Of a stretch of 64,000 nt of DNA, positions 11,664-25,792 are shown piece by piece (the stretch's first letter is position 1; every line of letters begins with the position of its first letter). Made by a program: the position numbers and the translations under genes. The notes beneath the pieces are model-generated. The model worked only from the letters and a program-made list of their open reading frames with translations. It did no database searches and had not been told where the DNA came from. The stretch is from assembly GCA_951406725.2 (NCBI GenBank), contig OX597838.1, positions 30,008,001 through 30,072,000 of the forward strand, written 5' to 3'. This stretch comes from Octopus vulgaris (Eukaryota).

Positions 11664-12199
11664 GTAAGTATGCCTGTGTCTCGGTGTGCGTAGGTATATG
11701 CGTGTGCGTGTGTGCAAGGGGTCGCCCCTTTCCCGATGTTAGACAGTTAAACACGCAACAATTATCCCGAAAGCGGAGTGGTGTGACAATATTAAAAATA
11801 AAAAATATCTGAATGAGTTAAGAACTAATCTCATTCATTTACACACACACGTACGCCAGCCCCACCCTCACGTTTCCTCTTGTAGTTTTCTTCCCGCCTT
11901 CGCACTTTTCCGTCAAATTGATTTCCGAGTAGGTAGAGCAGGAGGGGGAGAGAGAGAAAGAGAGAGAGAGAGAGAGAAGGAGAGAGAGAAAGGGAGGGAA
12001 GGTGGTGGTGGGAGGTAATGAACTTAAGGACTGCTTGAATTAATTATAAGTTATTTTGGAAATGTTGAGATTATAATCTAAGATAATAGTTCATATAACA
12101 CTTACACACACACACACACGTACACACACACACACGTACACACACACACAGATACAGACATATACACATATACTGAAGCTCAAACATATATACACACTT

Positions 12200-12687
<488 letters not shown>

Positions 12688-12892
12688 AATCTCTGAACGG
12701 GGTATAAACAGTAACTGCACGACAATGTGAGGTATATTTGCCATCTCAATATGGCTAATCACTAAGGGTAGGTGTTACTGTAGCTTGTAACACCAGGAGA
12801 ACATCTCCTCCAGCTGGCGATAGGCACACTTTCTGTGCCCTATCGGTATTTGCAAAGGGAGGTCATCCTTCCCTCGTCAACCTAAGTGATAC

Positions 12893-12935
12893 GCACGGAC
12901 TGCAGTTTCTGGGTATTGACCCGTCATCAGCGCAC
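12893..12935 (-). ncRNA. Minimal hammerhead motif
   Basis: Minus strand: GTGCG-CTGATGA-cGGGT(CAAT)ACCCa-GAAA-CTGCAG-TC-CGTGC; GUC cleavage triplet. Confidence 0.7.
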
Positions 12936-13236
12936 GACAATCACATACATACATACAGATATCTAGAATATTTATAGATGACTATAAAGATGTATATATG
13001 TATAAAAATATGAGAGAAACAAAGGAATAAAGGATTATCTTATGAACTTTATTACCTTACAGCTGTCTCTGCTATAAGTTACAGTGGACTCATAGTTGCA
13101 TCTTATCGCAGAAACAGCTGTAAAGTAATGTTATTCCTAAGACAATCGCTTATTCCTTATTTTCTTATTACCGCTCTATAATAGACTAACATTTCGTTCT
13201 GAAGCACAGGTTATTAGTCTCGCTATGTATAAAACA

Positions 13237-13749
13237 CTAGCAGTATCGCCCGGCGTTGCTCGGGTTTGTAAGGGAAATAACTATATAAGCATTTTTAGAG
13301 AGTTACTTCCCTTATAGATGCCAATTCGGGCTTTCTTAGCCATTTCTGTTTTGGTGTCTTCAAGTCATGAAGTCGTTGTTCTAAAAGAACGCTGGTCTCC
13401 TTGACAACGCTTTACGACGTTGATTTCCTTACACTCCCTTCCCCACAGCTTCACGAGGGAGGGAAGAAGGGGGAGAAGCAAACAGGTGCAGGTGTGACCA
13501 TGGACGCCAACTCCGCCGCCATCGACACACGAAAAATCATGCATTAAAATGGAATAAAAAATGATGTTAAATTATTTTTAAAATCGTAGACTCATCGTAG
13601 ACGCGCGCTAATACTCAGACGGGCTCGATATGAATCACAACTATAAGATACCCGAATTTGGTTAAACTGCACCGCAAAATGTGTGAGTAGTTAGAAATCT
13701 AAATCGAAGGGGACAGACACTCACACAACTACAGTTTTATATATATAGA
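13237..13749 (-). mobile_element. Non-autonomous Helitron
   Basis: Minus strand starts TCTATATATATAAAA and ends with hairpin CCCGAGCAACGCCGGG then CTAG; inserted between A and T without a TSD. Confidence 0.8.
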
Positions 13750-13750
13750 T

Positions 13751-14060
13751 ATTTCCTGTTCGTGGATTGCAAACGCATGCCCTTCAAAGTGGGAGGTAGT
13801 AATCCGGCTATTGGTCCATGATAAACTACTTTGACGATCGATGTTACTATCATCTCGGAGCTTTCTACTAACATATCCATGCATAGTCTTCTGCTCATAT
13901 ACGCTCATCATTTCATCTGATGATACGTTTCGGTAGAGTCGTGCGACTTTGCGTATGTATTCTAGGTTATCAGACAAAGAGTGTTGCTCAAAGAGCTGCC
14001 TTCCAAGTCTTATGGTATCATCAGCCTCATGTATGCAAATTTGGTCAAGGGATGCACTTC
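13751..14060 (-). mobile_element. R4/Dong-like (RLE-type) LINE fragment
   Basis: MHGY..R...D.QSSLSW.....HFEG.AFAIHEQEI resembles the post-RT region of R4-clade elements (recognised from memory). Confidence 0.6.
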
Positions 14061-14190
14061 GACACCTGGTGGTTGAAAGATGTTACCGAAAGGATATGAT
14101 GCAACATTCAAAGGGATATGTTTATATGCATATATGTATGTATGCATGTATGTATGTATATATATTATATGTATATATATGTATATAAGC

Positions 14191-14495
14191 GGAGGCGCAA
14201 TGGCCCAGTGGTTAGGGCAGCGGACTCGCGGTCGTAGGATCGTGGTTTCGATTCCCAGACCGGGTGTTGTGAGTGTTTATTGAGCGAAAACACCTAAAAG
14301 CTCCACGAGGCTCCGGCAGGGGATGGTGGTGATCCCTGCTGTACTCTTTCACCACTCTTTCTCCCACTCTTTCTTCTGTTGGCCTGCTCGCTTAGCCAGC
14401 GGGGTGGCGTCATTCGAAGGCTAAAACATTGCGAACGCATTGTGACCAGCGATGTGTAACAACGTCTGATGGTCTGGTCGGTCACGTGATCACGA
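14191..14495 (+). mobile_element. SINE with family B head and a different 3' tail; tail alone at ~22817-22932
   Basis: Head matches 8885-9272, then diverges to GGCCTGCTCGCTTAGCCAGCGG...CACGTGATCACG. Confidence 0.8.
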
Positions 14496-14641
14496 GATAT
14501 ATGTATATAAATAAATAAATAAATATATATACACACACACATAAATTCATTTATGTCTGTGTATATATATATATATAAATACACACATACAAATGCATTA
14601 ATATGTGTACATATGGCATATTATATGCACACACATGCGCG

Positions 14642-14716
<75 letters not shown>

Positions 14717-15296
14717 GTATCTATCTATCTATCTGCTTGCCCGTCTGTCTGTCTATCTGTCTGTCTATCTATCACTCTATATAATCTATATATGCATACA
14801 TATAGATAGATAGATATAAATGTAATTCATAATTGTGTTATCCTTACAAAAAATATATTTTGTCGGATTTATGGTTAATGGAAAAGCGCACCGAATGCGT
14901 TTTGCTCAAGAACACAACGCGTCGCCTTGTCCAGGAATCGAAACCACAATCTTACGATCATGATATGTGTGTGTGTGTGTGTGTGTGTCGGGTCTCGGAT
15001 TATTCGTCAACACAGAAGAGGCAGCTACTTCCATTTCGTTAACACTGCATACTTCTCCCAAAATAACAAGCACCCCCACCGTCCCCTTTCCCACAGCCAC
15101 CAATGTATTGGTTGAATGAAAGCAAAATAAAAGAATTCTTTTGTATAAACAAACTTGTTTTGAATTGAAACAAACAAGTGGATTGTTTGTTTTACCCCCA
15201 GCCTCACCCTGTTATGTCTATGTAGCAACCAAAACAAAACAAAGGGCTAGAATAATATCTGAATTATCAATGACAGCGGTGGATTATATATATGTA

Positions 15297-15350
<54 letters not shown>

Positions 15351-15630
15351 TGTAAGATACAAGGATCGAGGGGTAGGAAGAAAGTAAACTTCAAGCAATC
15401 CATAGAAAATATAAAAAACAACTTTCAGGAACAATAGAGGTTTATTGGTGCAGAAGTTAGTGCATTTTTCTCGTATCGAAGTAGGATAAGCTGAAAAAAA
15501 AATTCTTTTTATATTTCATGGTTGGCAACCAGGGTTGCCGGGTAAGCGAATAAGAATACAAGATTCAAGGAATGGAGTAGATAAAATCCGGGCTACATAT
15601 GTTTCAGAGCGAGCGGAAAAACTCGGAGGT

Positions 15631-15666
<36 letters not shown>

Positions 15667-15679
15667 TTATATATGTGCA

Positions 15680-16040
15680 CATTACCAAGATGGCAACATA
15701 GTGCAGACAACTGGCTGGTTGGATATTAAGATCTTTCAAGACAAGAGATCATGAAGTCATGTTGTCTCTGTGTAGGACCTTTGTTTTCAGCTGTCTGGAT
15801 TCTGCTCTCAGGTGTGGTCACCACATAGTGCAAAGTAAACCTCGGACCTTGAAGCGGTCCGACGATATTACACTAGAAAAAATTGTAACAGTGCAGCAGA
15901 TGAACAAACTGAAGAAAACTAGGACTTTACTCCCTGGAGTGAAGACGTGACAGATATGCAATAATCTACATATGGAAAATTCTGGAAGGGCTTGTACCTT
16001 ATTTCGGCATTGAGTGTTATTCAAATACCCCATCTGGATG
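15680..16040 (+). mobile_element. CR1-like LINE ORF2 C-terminal fragment
   Basis: GWILRSFKTRD..VM...CSQVWSP...YSLE*RRDRYAIIYIWKILEGLVP after frameshift repair. Confidence 0.8.
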
Positions 16041-16516
16041 TCAATAAAAAAAAAATCTTATGTAAATTTCCAAGGACCACATGGACTCCGGTTGAGAACC
16101 ATTACTTCACAGGGCACTGAAAGGAAAAAATAACCCTCACACTGGAAAACTGGCCCAAATGCTCGCTGTTGGGTGGGGGTACTCTGAGGGTACCCAGGAT
16201 TGGTGGGAAGAAGTTACCCTCATACTGGGTACATAATCTGAATGCTCGAAACGGCATGGGGTCTGTTGAAGGCACCCAATTAATGTAGTCAAACAAAACA
16301 AATATCACAAGGATATCCAGCGATCTTACGAAAATGCCAATTCGCCAGCCAGGTAATGTCCCTTCATTTTGTATTGAATTAAAATATTTTAAAAATCTCC
16401 GCTCCGATAAAGAGCTTTTGCAAAAAATGTCAGTATTATTCACATCGACAATATTCTTTCACTGGATTCAGCAAGAGACAATACTCAGTCTAGAGTACTG
16501 TCAATAAAATAATAGC

Positions 16517-17150
16517 GACAAGCTGGCGGAACCATTAGCACGCCGGGCGAAATGCTTGGCGGTATTTCGTCTGCCGTTACGTTCTGTGTTCAAATTCCGC
16601 CGAGGTCGACTTTGCCTTTCATCCTTTTGGGGTCGATTAAATAAGTACCAGTTACGCACTGGATCGATATAATCGATTTATCCGTCTGTCTGTCCTTGTT
16701 TGTCTTCTCTGTGTTTAGCTCCTTGTGGGTAATAAAGAAATAGGTATTTCGTTTGCCGTTACGTCCTGAGTTCAAATTCCGCCGAGGTCGAGTTCGCCTT
16801 TCATCATTTCGGGGTCGATTAAATACGCACTGGAGTCATTGTAATCGACTTAATTCCTTTGTCTGTCCTTGTTTGTCCCCTCTATGTTTAGCTCCCTGTG
16901 GGCAATAAAGAAATAAATAAAATAATAGCAGCGAGCTGGCAGAATCGTTAGCACGCCGGGCGAAATGCTTAGCGGTATTTCGTCTGCCGTTACGTTCTGA
17001 GTTCAAACTCCGCCGAGGTCGACTTTGCCTTTCATTCTTTCGGGGTCGATTAAATAAGTACCAGTTACGCACTGGGGTCGATGTAATCGACTTAAACCCC
17101 TTGTTTGTCCCCTCTATGTTTCAGCCCCCAGTGGGCAATAAAGAAATAAA
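16517..17150 (+). mobile_element. SINE family A dimer followed by a monomer
   Basis: Heads at ~16517 and ~16930, bodies as in other copies. Confidence 0.88.
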
Positions 17151-17986
17151 TAATAGCATTACAATGCCGGGAATCGAACCCGGACAGGTTGGGTAAAAGC
17201 CAAGAGGCTTAACCACTATATGCACATTAAACTTAACCAAATTAAAATTTCAAACTTTTACAAAATGAACATTTTTGTAAATTCTTTTGTAAATTTCAGT
17301 AAAACTTTAGTTGACTCCGTAGAGATTTGAACGCAGAAACTGTTGTGTCCGAAACAGATCCGACAAAGGAAACGGTTAAACTGGAGAGGTAAGAGGAGGG
17401 GGATAACTTTACAGTACTCATTGCACTTTTCTAATCTGATCTCCCCCCCTCTCACCTAAAACCCATTCTCTTGATAGCACACAAAAACCTTTTACCCTGA
17501 AATGTTGATAAGAACTATCATTGATATTATCGTAGTTTTTAATGGCGGTTTGCTGCCAATCCCGGAAAATTCATCTCAATGCAAAAATACTTGGAATAAT
17601 TTTCATACCAACTAATCTTAAAATAGCATTTTTATTTCAAATTTACAATAGAGAATTCTTTTGTCTTTGGGTAAGGCAAATCGCTCAAGAGACTTCTATT
17701 TCCTTCGCGGTACTTAAGTCAAGGTCTGAGAGAAAAAAATTCTTCACAGACAAGTGGCATTGCCTTAATCGCATATTGTTTCCTATTTGGTAAATAAGGG
17801 CCCTAATGTCACTTGAAAATAAAGTGGTTGGCGCCAAAATCTAAGGAAAGGAATCCAGCTGTAAGGCTCGATAAAAATTCCGATAACATTAGATTCGAGT
17901 AGGAACCATCCTTGTGTCGGTTAGAATTAAAAACTCTCAAAGACTAGTTATTTTTCGATCCAGGGAAATCATGAATGAAAAGCGCT

Positions 17987-17989
<3 letters not shown>

Positions 17990-18031
<42 letters not shown>

Positions 18032-18096
18032 GCACAGACACGCACACACCACACAAACATATATAATATATATATATATGCACATATATATATATA

Positions 18097-18149
<53 letters not shown>

Positions 18150-18183
18150 GATACACACATATCTATATCTATATCTATATCTA

Positions 18184-18245
<62 letters not shown>

Positions 18246-18451
18246 TATATATATATGCAAATATATATATATAGATACACACATATCTATATATATATAT
18301 ACATACACATATACATACGTATATATATATATGTATATATGTGTGTAGGTATATATATACATATATATAATATATATATATATATCTATTATTATGTAAA
18401 TAGAGAAATATTGAGGTCTCTTTCTTTCTTCTGTTATCTTACCGTTTTTAC

Positions 18452-18500
<49 letters not shown>
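17990..18500. repeat. Compound (CA)n/(TA)n/(TATATC)n microsatellite
   Basis: Direct reading. Confidence 0.95.
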
Positions 18501-18501
<1 letters not shown>

Positions 18502-19903
18502 AAGAATAAGTCCTGGGGTCGATTTGCTCGACTAAAGGCCGCAGTCAAATGACTGAAACAAGTAAAAGAGTAAAAGAGTAAAAGAGAATATATATATTTC
18601 TTTACTACCCACAAGGGGCTAAACACAGAGGGAACAAACAAGGACAGACAAAGGGATTAAGTCGATTACATCGACCACAGTGCGTAACTGGTACTTAATT
18701 TATCGACCCCGAAAGCATGTTTACCGGGTGAGTGTTCGTTGGGTTTGTAATTAACGAGAGAGACGGAAGATGGCAGATACAATGCCGAAAGAAATATCGC
18801 AAAACAGTTCCACGCAGTCGATCGTCAAACAGTTGTGATAATACAAAATATTGCAATTTTATAAAGTCTGAATAAATATAATATTTTGTAGACATCAGTT
18901 CGACGAATAAACTTTTAGATTTGATTGAGTAACTAATTAGAAATTAATTAAAAATGATTTGAAAAAATAATAAATAATTTACGCAATAAATATTCGTTGA
19001 ATTAGTGTCTACAGAATATAATTTATATTCAAAATTCACACAATTTCATTATTCTGTTTTATCATAGCTGTTTGACGCACGGCCAGGTGAAACTATGAAT
19101 CACAATTTGTGAATTTTTTTAGGCTTTGTAAAATAGTATTTTACTCTGCCTTTAGTATTCGAGTACTATTTTCCCACCTTTTTTTTTATCTATGTGCTTA
19201 TTTTGTGTACAAATGTATGTATGTGCGTGCGCGCACGCCCCCCACAGCACATACACACACACAAAGACACACTCAGATCTTCACTGAAGAGCTTTGTGAT
19301 CAAGATAAGCACAAGGCCGTCCTGCCCGGCAAAGATGCACCAACAGAGGTTCCACCTCCTACGAACAGAACAGGATTGTTGGGGCACAAGGTAAACGCGA
19401 ACTACGCAAGTCCAGAGTTCACTCCTTGCCTTCAGTCGAAGCAGATCACCAGTGTTCGACCCGTGGCAAAGCCCTTCCCAACTCCCATCGGACTGGCCGG
19501 CGACAGCCGGATACACCGCGCTCCATCTTCTCCCACGTGATGTCATTGATCGGAGAACCTGATGTTCGACGTCTTTATGGAAGCTATGACATTGTGGAGG
19601 TGGTTGATCTATCATTGGTCTCACTTGGACCAATTAAAGATGGTTTGGATAAGACCAATCAGTCAAAGGTAAGGGTTATCACTGCAACTGAAGAAAAGCT
19701 TAGAGCAAGAGTGAAGGCGAGAATCTGAGTTAGAATTAAGGACAGGAATAATGTTCGGGTTAATGTTAAGATTAGCGTTAGTATTAAGATTAGTCTTAGT
19801 TTTAGTATTAGGCTTAGGATTAGGGAAAATGTTAGATTAGTACAGTTCTATATTTAAGAGATGAGGAATTATGTACATTATTTACATTCGACGGATCTGC
19901 CCA

Positions 19904-20005
19904 CGGGCATATGGCGTAGTGGTTAAGAGCGCGGGCTACTAATCCTAAGATTCCGAGATCGATTCTAAGCAGTGAACTGAACAACAACAACAATAATAAT
20001 AATAA
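19904..20005 (+). mobile_element. Short tRNA-derived SINE or tRNA pseudogene with (AAC/AAT)n tail
   Basis: TGGCGTAGTGG A-box, GATCGATTC B-box-like, no complete acceptor stem. Confidence 0.55.
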
Positions 20006-20079
20006 TACTTTCACTAGCACCAACTCCAACACTACATGCACTAACATCCGCCGCCGCCGATTTCAACTGGATTACACAA

Positions 20080-20781
20080 AGAAGGATAGAAAGAACGGTT
20101 TTGATGTCAGTAGGGGTAGCTTTGACGGAGTCAAATTATGTGAATTAGTAAATTTATTAACTTATTCAATGGTATTAGCGGAGGTCTGTACAGGGATGAT
20201 GGGCTCATGATTACGATCAGCATGAGAGGAGGGTATACGTTCGACACCATCATGAAATAAATAACTGTAATAAGTTCAAGAAATTCGGTAGAGACGAACA
20301 AAAGGAAGATTCTGGTCGTAATTCCAGGATGCTACGCTTAAACCAAACTCAAAATCGCAGGAGCCTTTCAAGACATCAAATAGTATCGAATTGTACATTC
20401 ACGTCGAATCCACCGAACGTCATCAAGCATTTGCCAATGAGCTTCAGCAAGAAGATGTGGTTCATCCACCGACGAAACCATCTTCAACAAAGCTGTAGTG
20501 TGTGAGAATAAGACAGCGTTACTTAGCCAAATACTGAGAAAGAATGGGACACAGACTAACAACGTATATAGTATACTTTTACTTTTACTTGTTTCAGTCA
20601 TCTGACTGCGGCCATGCTGGAGCACCGCCTTTAGTCGAGCAAATCGACCCCGGGACTTATTCTTTCGTAAGCCCAGTACTTATTCTATCGGTCTCTTTTG
20701 CCGAACCGCTAAGTGACGGGGACGTAAACACACCAGCATAGGTTGTCAAGCAATGCTAGGGGGACAAACACAGACACACAA

Positions 20782-20868
<87 letters not shown>

Positions 20869-21500
20869 TACGACAGGCTTCTTTCAGTTTCCGTCTACCA
20901 AATTCACTCACAAGGCATTGGTCGGCCAGGGGCTATAGCAGAAGGCACTTGCCCAAGATGCCACGCAGTGGAATTGAACCCGGAACCATGTGGTTGGTTA
21001 GCAAGCTACTTACCACACAGCCACTCCTGCGCCTATAATTCATAATGTACCATTAGCATTAAAAAAAAAACACAAAACAAAATATGCTGCAAAAGATTTT
21101 ATCTTCGCAATGAAGAATCATTTCCCAAACGGTAATACATTCCAAAGCTGAGTGAGATATAGCTGTATGGAAAGTATGCCTATCATCACAATGGAGCCAA
21201 AATGAAAAATATCGCATCAGAAACAAAAGTGGTGAAAAGGGAAACGACATGCAATTTCAGAAATAAAGATCGTTGCAACTCGAAGAAAAATGCTTCGCGA
21301 AATTCGTTGCATACAGAATTAAGATATCTATCGGCAATCCATCAGCAAACTACATAGGGCTTACAGAGAACTCTTTCAAAAGTCGCTTCTATCAACACAG
21401 CATCTTCTTACGTCAATGTAGATAAAATGAAATAAAACAAAATTCGTTTGATTTATCGTTTTAGAAAATCTACCTCCCTCTGCATTACTGCAAAATTTGT
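20080..21500 (+). mobile_element. Decayed Penelope-like retroelement (RT plus GIY-YIG) interrupted by SINE C
   Basis: FDVS.GSFDG..LCELV, GLYRDDGL, LYIHVES..PNVIKHLP, and YIGLTENSFKSRFYQH at ~21350. Confidence 0.8.
20572..21033 (-). mobile_element. SINE family C, full length
   Basis: Head GGCGCAGGAGTGGCTGTGTGG, internal (TA)n(TG)n, tail CAGCATGGCCGCAGTC...(GTAAAA)n. Confidence 0.92.
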
Positions 21501-21689
21501 ACAGTTGTACTCACTTTGAATGATGTTTGCACAAAATCCTTTCAAGTGAGGATATATATATATATATGTATGTATGTGTATGTAAGTATCTCTTATTTCT
21601 AGCAATGTAGGTGCCTCGGCATCCTTAGTTATACTTAGTGACGATTGAATCTTTCCTTTATGATATCACATTGCACTCTGCTGTTTATA

Positions 21690-22635
21690 TATATATAAGC
21701 TTAAAGCGACCACCGTGCAATTACTAAGGGAAATAGTCTAATAAAGGGGCATATAAACCCCTCGACAGAAAAAAGAAGGCTTTCCTAATCACGTGGGACT
21801 CGAACCCACAACCCTTTGTTAACGTAACTAAATATGTTACCTTTACCCCAGCGAATTAGCCTCCGTCTTTCTGTCAAATTTAAGAACTATATTAGTTCGT
21901 ATTTGTTCTAAGCCAACAAATTTTCTACATACTTTCAATGCGAATAGCTTTGTTATACGTGCCGTGTTTAACAGTATTTTTTTTATTTAAGCTTAAAGCT
22001 TATAGCGACCACTGTGCAATGATTAAGGAAAATAGTCTAATAACGGCGCATATAAAGCCCTCGACAAAAAAAAAAGAGGGCTTTCCTATGCTCTGTCGAG
22101 GGCTTATTTGCCCATTTATTAGACAACTAGCAGTATCGCCCGGCGTTGCTCAGGTTTGTAAGGGAAATAACTATAAAGCATTTTTAGAGAGTTATAGCCA
22201 AAAAATAGCAAAAAAATGGAAAAAAAATTATGGTAAATTTTTTTTTGAGAGTAAAAAAAGGTTGAGTTGCGTCCCCTAGACAGTCTGTGGTTTGTTTTTT
22301 TTGATTCTCGACCCCATGTCGAATTTATCGATTTTTTTCAGAACTGGGGTTAACTTTTCAAAATTTTCGCTGCGTTAGTTTTGAATTATGACATTGGGCT
22401 ATGTGTGTGTCAAGTTCCATCAGAATCGGTTGAAAGCCGTGGTCAGGGTGAGGGTACGAGAAAACAGACACACAGAAACACGCACAGACAAACTGCCGTT
22501 TATATATAGAGAGATTTTCCTTAGTCATTGCACAGTGATCGTCATTAACTTTAAGCTTATATAAAAATACCATTATTATTATTATTTACAGGATTGTAAA
22601 ATACAGCACCGTATAACAAAACCATTCGCACCGAA
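21690..22635. repeat. Unclassified element with direct (21695-21790, 21985-22090) and inverted arms
   Basis: AAGCTTAAAG...GTGCAAT...TAGTCTAATAA...CCCTCGACA repeated directly, then inverted across the Helitron insertion. Confidence 0.6.
22127..22514 (-). mobile_element. Non-autonomous Helitron (same 3' end as 13237)
   Basis: CTAGCAGTATCGCCCGGCGTTGC end, 5' TCTCTCTATATATAAACGGCAG, A|T insertion without TSD. Confidence 0.82.
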
Positions 22636-22747
22636 AGCATATATAAGATTAATGTAAAAAATAAATAACACTGAAGCAAAATAACACCAAATATATAGTG
22701 CGTGTGTTTTTATTGGCTAAACTGGCAATATGACCATTCCGAAATAT

Positions 22748-22818
<71 letters not shown>

Positions 22819-22926
22819 CCTGCTCGCTTAGCCAGCGGGGTGGCGTCATTCGAAGGCTAAAACAATGCGAATGCATTGTGATCAGCGATGTGTAACAACA
22901 TCTGATGGTCTGGTCGGTCACGTGAT

Positions 22927-22979
<53 letters not shown>

Positions 22980-23159
22980 ATCCAAACAAGAAAGCACAAA
23001 AAAATCACAACAACGAGAGGACGTGGAACAAATATAGTATTATTGGACGCTCAGGAAAGAAGGAGGGTTTAACGTTTCGAGCGGAGCTCTTCGTCGGAAA
23101 CATAGGAGAAGGAAAGATCCAGAGAAGGGAAGACAGAGGGAAAAAAATCGCCAATGGTA

Positions 23160-23350
23160 GTCGAACGACTCGACCCCAGGACTTTGTTTTTACTTTAAGC
23201 CTAGTACTTATTCTATTGTTATCTTTTTTACAGCTAAGTTAAAACGACGTAAACACACTAACACCGGTTGTCAAGCTGTGATGTGGGACAAGCTCAGGCT
23301 CAAAGATACACATACAGATGTATACATATGTCTGTCTATCTGTCAATCTG

Positions 23351-23429
<79 letters not shown>

Positions 23430-23594
23430 GTCTGTCTGTCTTCTGACTGTCTGTCTATCTGTCTGTCTGTCTGCTTATGTATATATGTATGTATGTATGT
23501 AAGTATGTATGTAAGTATGTATATATGTATGTATGTATGTATTATGTATGTATGTATGTATGTATGTATGTATGTATGTATGTATGTATGTATG

Positions 23595-23628
<34 letters not shown>

Positions 23629-23652
23629 CCTGTAAGTCTGTCTGTCTGTTTG

Positions 23653-23716
<64 letters not shown>

Positions 23717-23781
23717 CCTACCTACCTATCTATCTATCTCGCTGTCTGTCTGTCTGTCTATCTATTTGTCTGTTTGTCGGT

Positions 23782-23827
<46 letters not shown>

Positions 23828-23980
23828 ATATACGACGAGTTTCTTTCAGTTTCCTTCTACCAAATCCACTCACAAGGCTTCGGCCAGCTCGAAGCAATAG
23901 TAAAATATACTTGCTCAAGGTGCCAGCTAGCGGGACTGAACTCGGAACCATGTGGCTGAGAAGCTAGCTCCTTAACACAC
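23160..23980 (-). mobile_element. SINE family C with a greatly expanded internal microsatellite
   Basis: Tail half 23160-23320 and head half 23830-23980 separated by ~500 bp of TATC/TATG. Confidence 0.75.
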
Positions 23981-24600
23981 ACACATTTTGTGTCACTTAT
24001 TTTTTGTATGCTTAGTGCTTATTGTATCGGTCTCTTTTGCCGAACCACTTAGTCATGAGGACGTAAACACACCAACATCGGTTGTCAAGCGATGGTGGGT
24101 GGGGGACAAACACAGACGCTCAAACATATAGATATCTATATATGACGGGCTTCTTTCGCTTTCCGTCTACCAAATCCACTCACAAGGCTTTGGTTGGCCA
24201 GGGGCTATAGTAGAAGACACTTGACCCCCAAGGTGTATTTCTCTCCCTTATCTTCTGTCCCCTCCTATCAGTCAGAGTGTCAGTGTGTACGATGGGTAGT
24301 AGAGTCTTCCACTCTTGAAGGATTGATGTGGCTCCTCTTCAAAGTAGCCTTCATCTCATCTTTATGCTTTTTTGTTGTTGTTGTTTTGGTCTTCCTGTCA
24401 AGCGATGACCATGGAGTACCTAGTCCTCTAGTAAGGTTTCATACGTCACACACACAAACATACATACGCACACACACGCACACACACAAACATACATACG
24501 CACACACACGCACACACACACACACGCGCAGACATTATACACACCGACAAGTACATTGTATTAATATATAGACCAACATGCGCATTGATATATATGTGTA

Positions 24601-24824
24601 TACTCTTTACTCTCTTTTTACTCTTTTACTTGTTTCAGTCATTTGACTGCGGCCATGCTGGAGCACCGCCTTTAGTCGAGCAAATCGACCCCGGGGCTTA
24701 TTCTTTGTAAGCCCAGTACTTATTCTATCGGTCTCTTTTTCCGAACCGCTAAGTGACGGGGACGTAAACACACCAGCATCGGTTGTCAAGCAATGCTAGG
24801 GGGACAAGCACAGACACACAAACA

Positions 24825-24916
<92 letters not shown>

Positions 24917-25053
24917 TACGACAGGCTTCTTTCAGTTTCTGTCTACCAAATCCACTCACAAGGGCCCGGGGCTACAGCAGAAGACACTTGCCCAAGATGC
25001 CGGAACCATGTGGCTGGTTAGCAAGCTACTTACCACACAGCCACTCCTGCGCC
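24601..25053 (-). mobile_element. SINE family C
   Basis: Near-identical to 20572-21033 with small deletions. Confidence 0.92.
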
Positions 25054-25682
25054 TATGTGTATATTTGTTTGTATGTGTATATATGTGTGCAAGTGAGCAC
25101 TTTAAAAATCTAATTAATCAGTTAGGAATGTTTGGAAACCATTCATTTGACAGTTCACACATATCTAATTGCAACAGAACATCCATTCCCCCCTCAGTCC
25201 ATTCCCCCCTCTATCTATTTACCCATCTATCAACTTCTCTGTCTGTCTACAAATGCAGGTATTGTCCTCCGCTGAAGAAGGAGTGCCCGCTAGGTACTTA
25301 TGCATGTCACGTAGACCAAATGTCTGGCTTTAACCCCACCCCAATTAAACCAGAATCGCTTCATGCTCCAAAATATGTATGTAGGCATCTATGTATTTTT
25401 GCATGTATATGTACGTATGCATGTATGTATGCATATATATGTATGAATGTATATATGTATGCATGCATACAGTATTAGAAACATACATGGTTTGATCTCG
25501 TGGAAAAATCTCCCTTATATTTTTCCATCTTGAGATTGTACACACACACACACACACATATATATATATGTATGTATGTATATAAAACCATGTCATCTCC
25601 AGCTGCACAAATACTTCAGTTAAATGGAGCCGCTTGAAACGGTCGTACAGCATTACTACTGGGTATCCTGTTGCTTATTTTG

Positions 25683-25719
<37 letters not shown>

Positions 25720-25747
25720 TCATATCTATATATCTCTCTCTCTATAT

Positions 25748-25792
<45 letters not shown>

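Noticed and set aside
17155-17222. tRNA gene on the minus strand
   Set aside because: Only A/B-box remnants (GGTTCGATTCCC); stems are broken, so it is more likely a decayed SINE head.
25600-25655. Hammerhead at GAAACGGTCGTACAGC
   Set aside because: The 3' half and stem I are plausible, but the CUGANGA core is missing.
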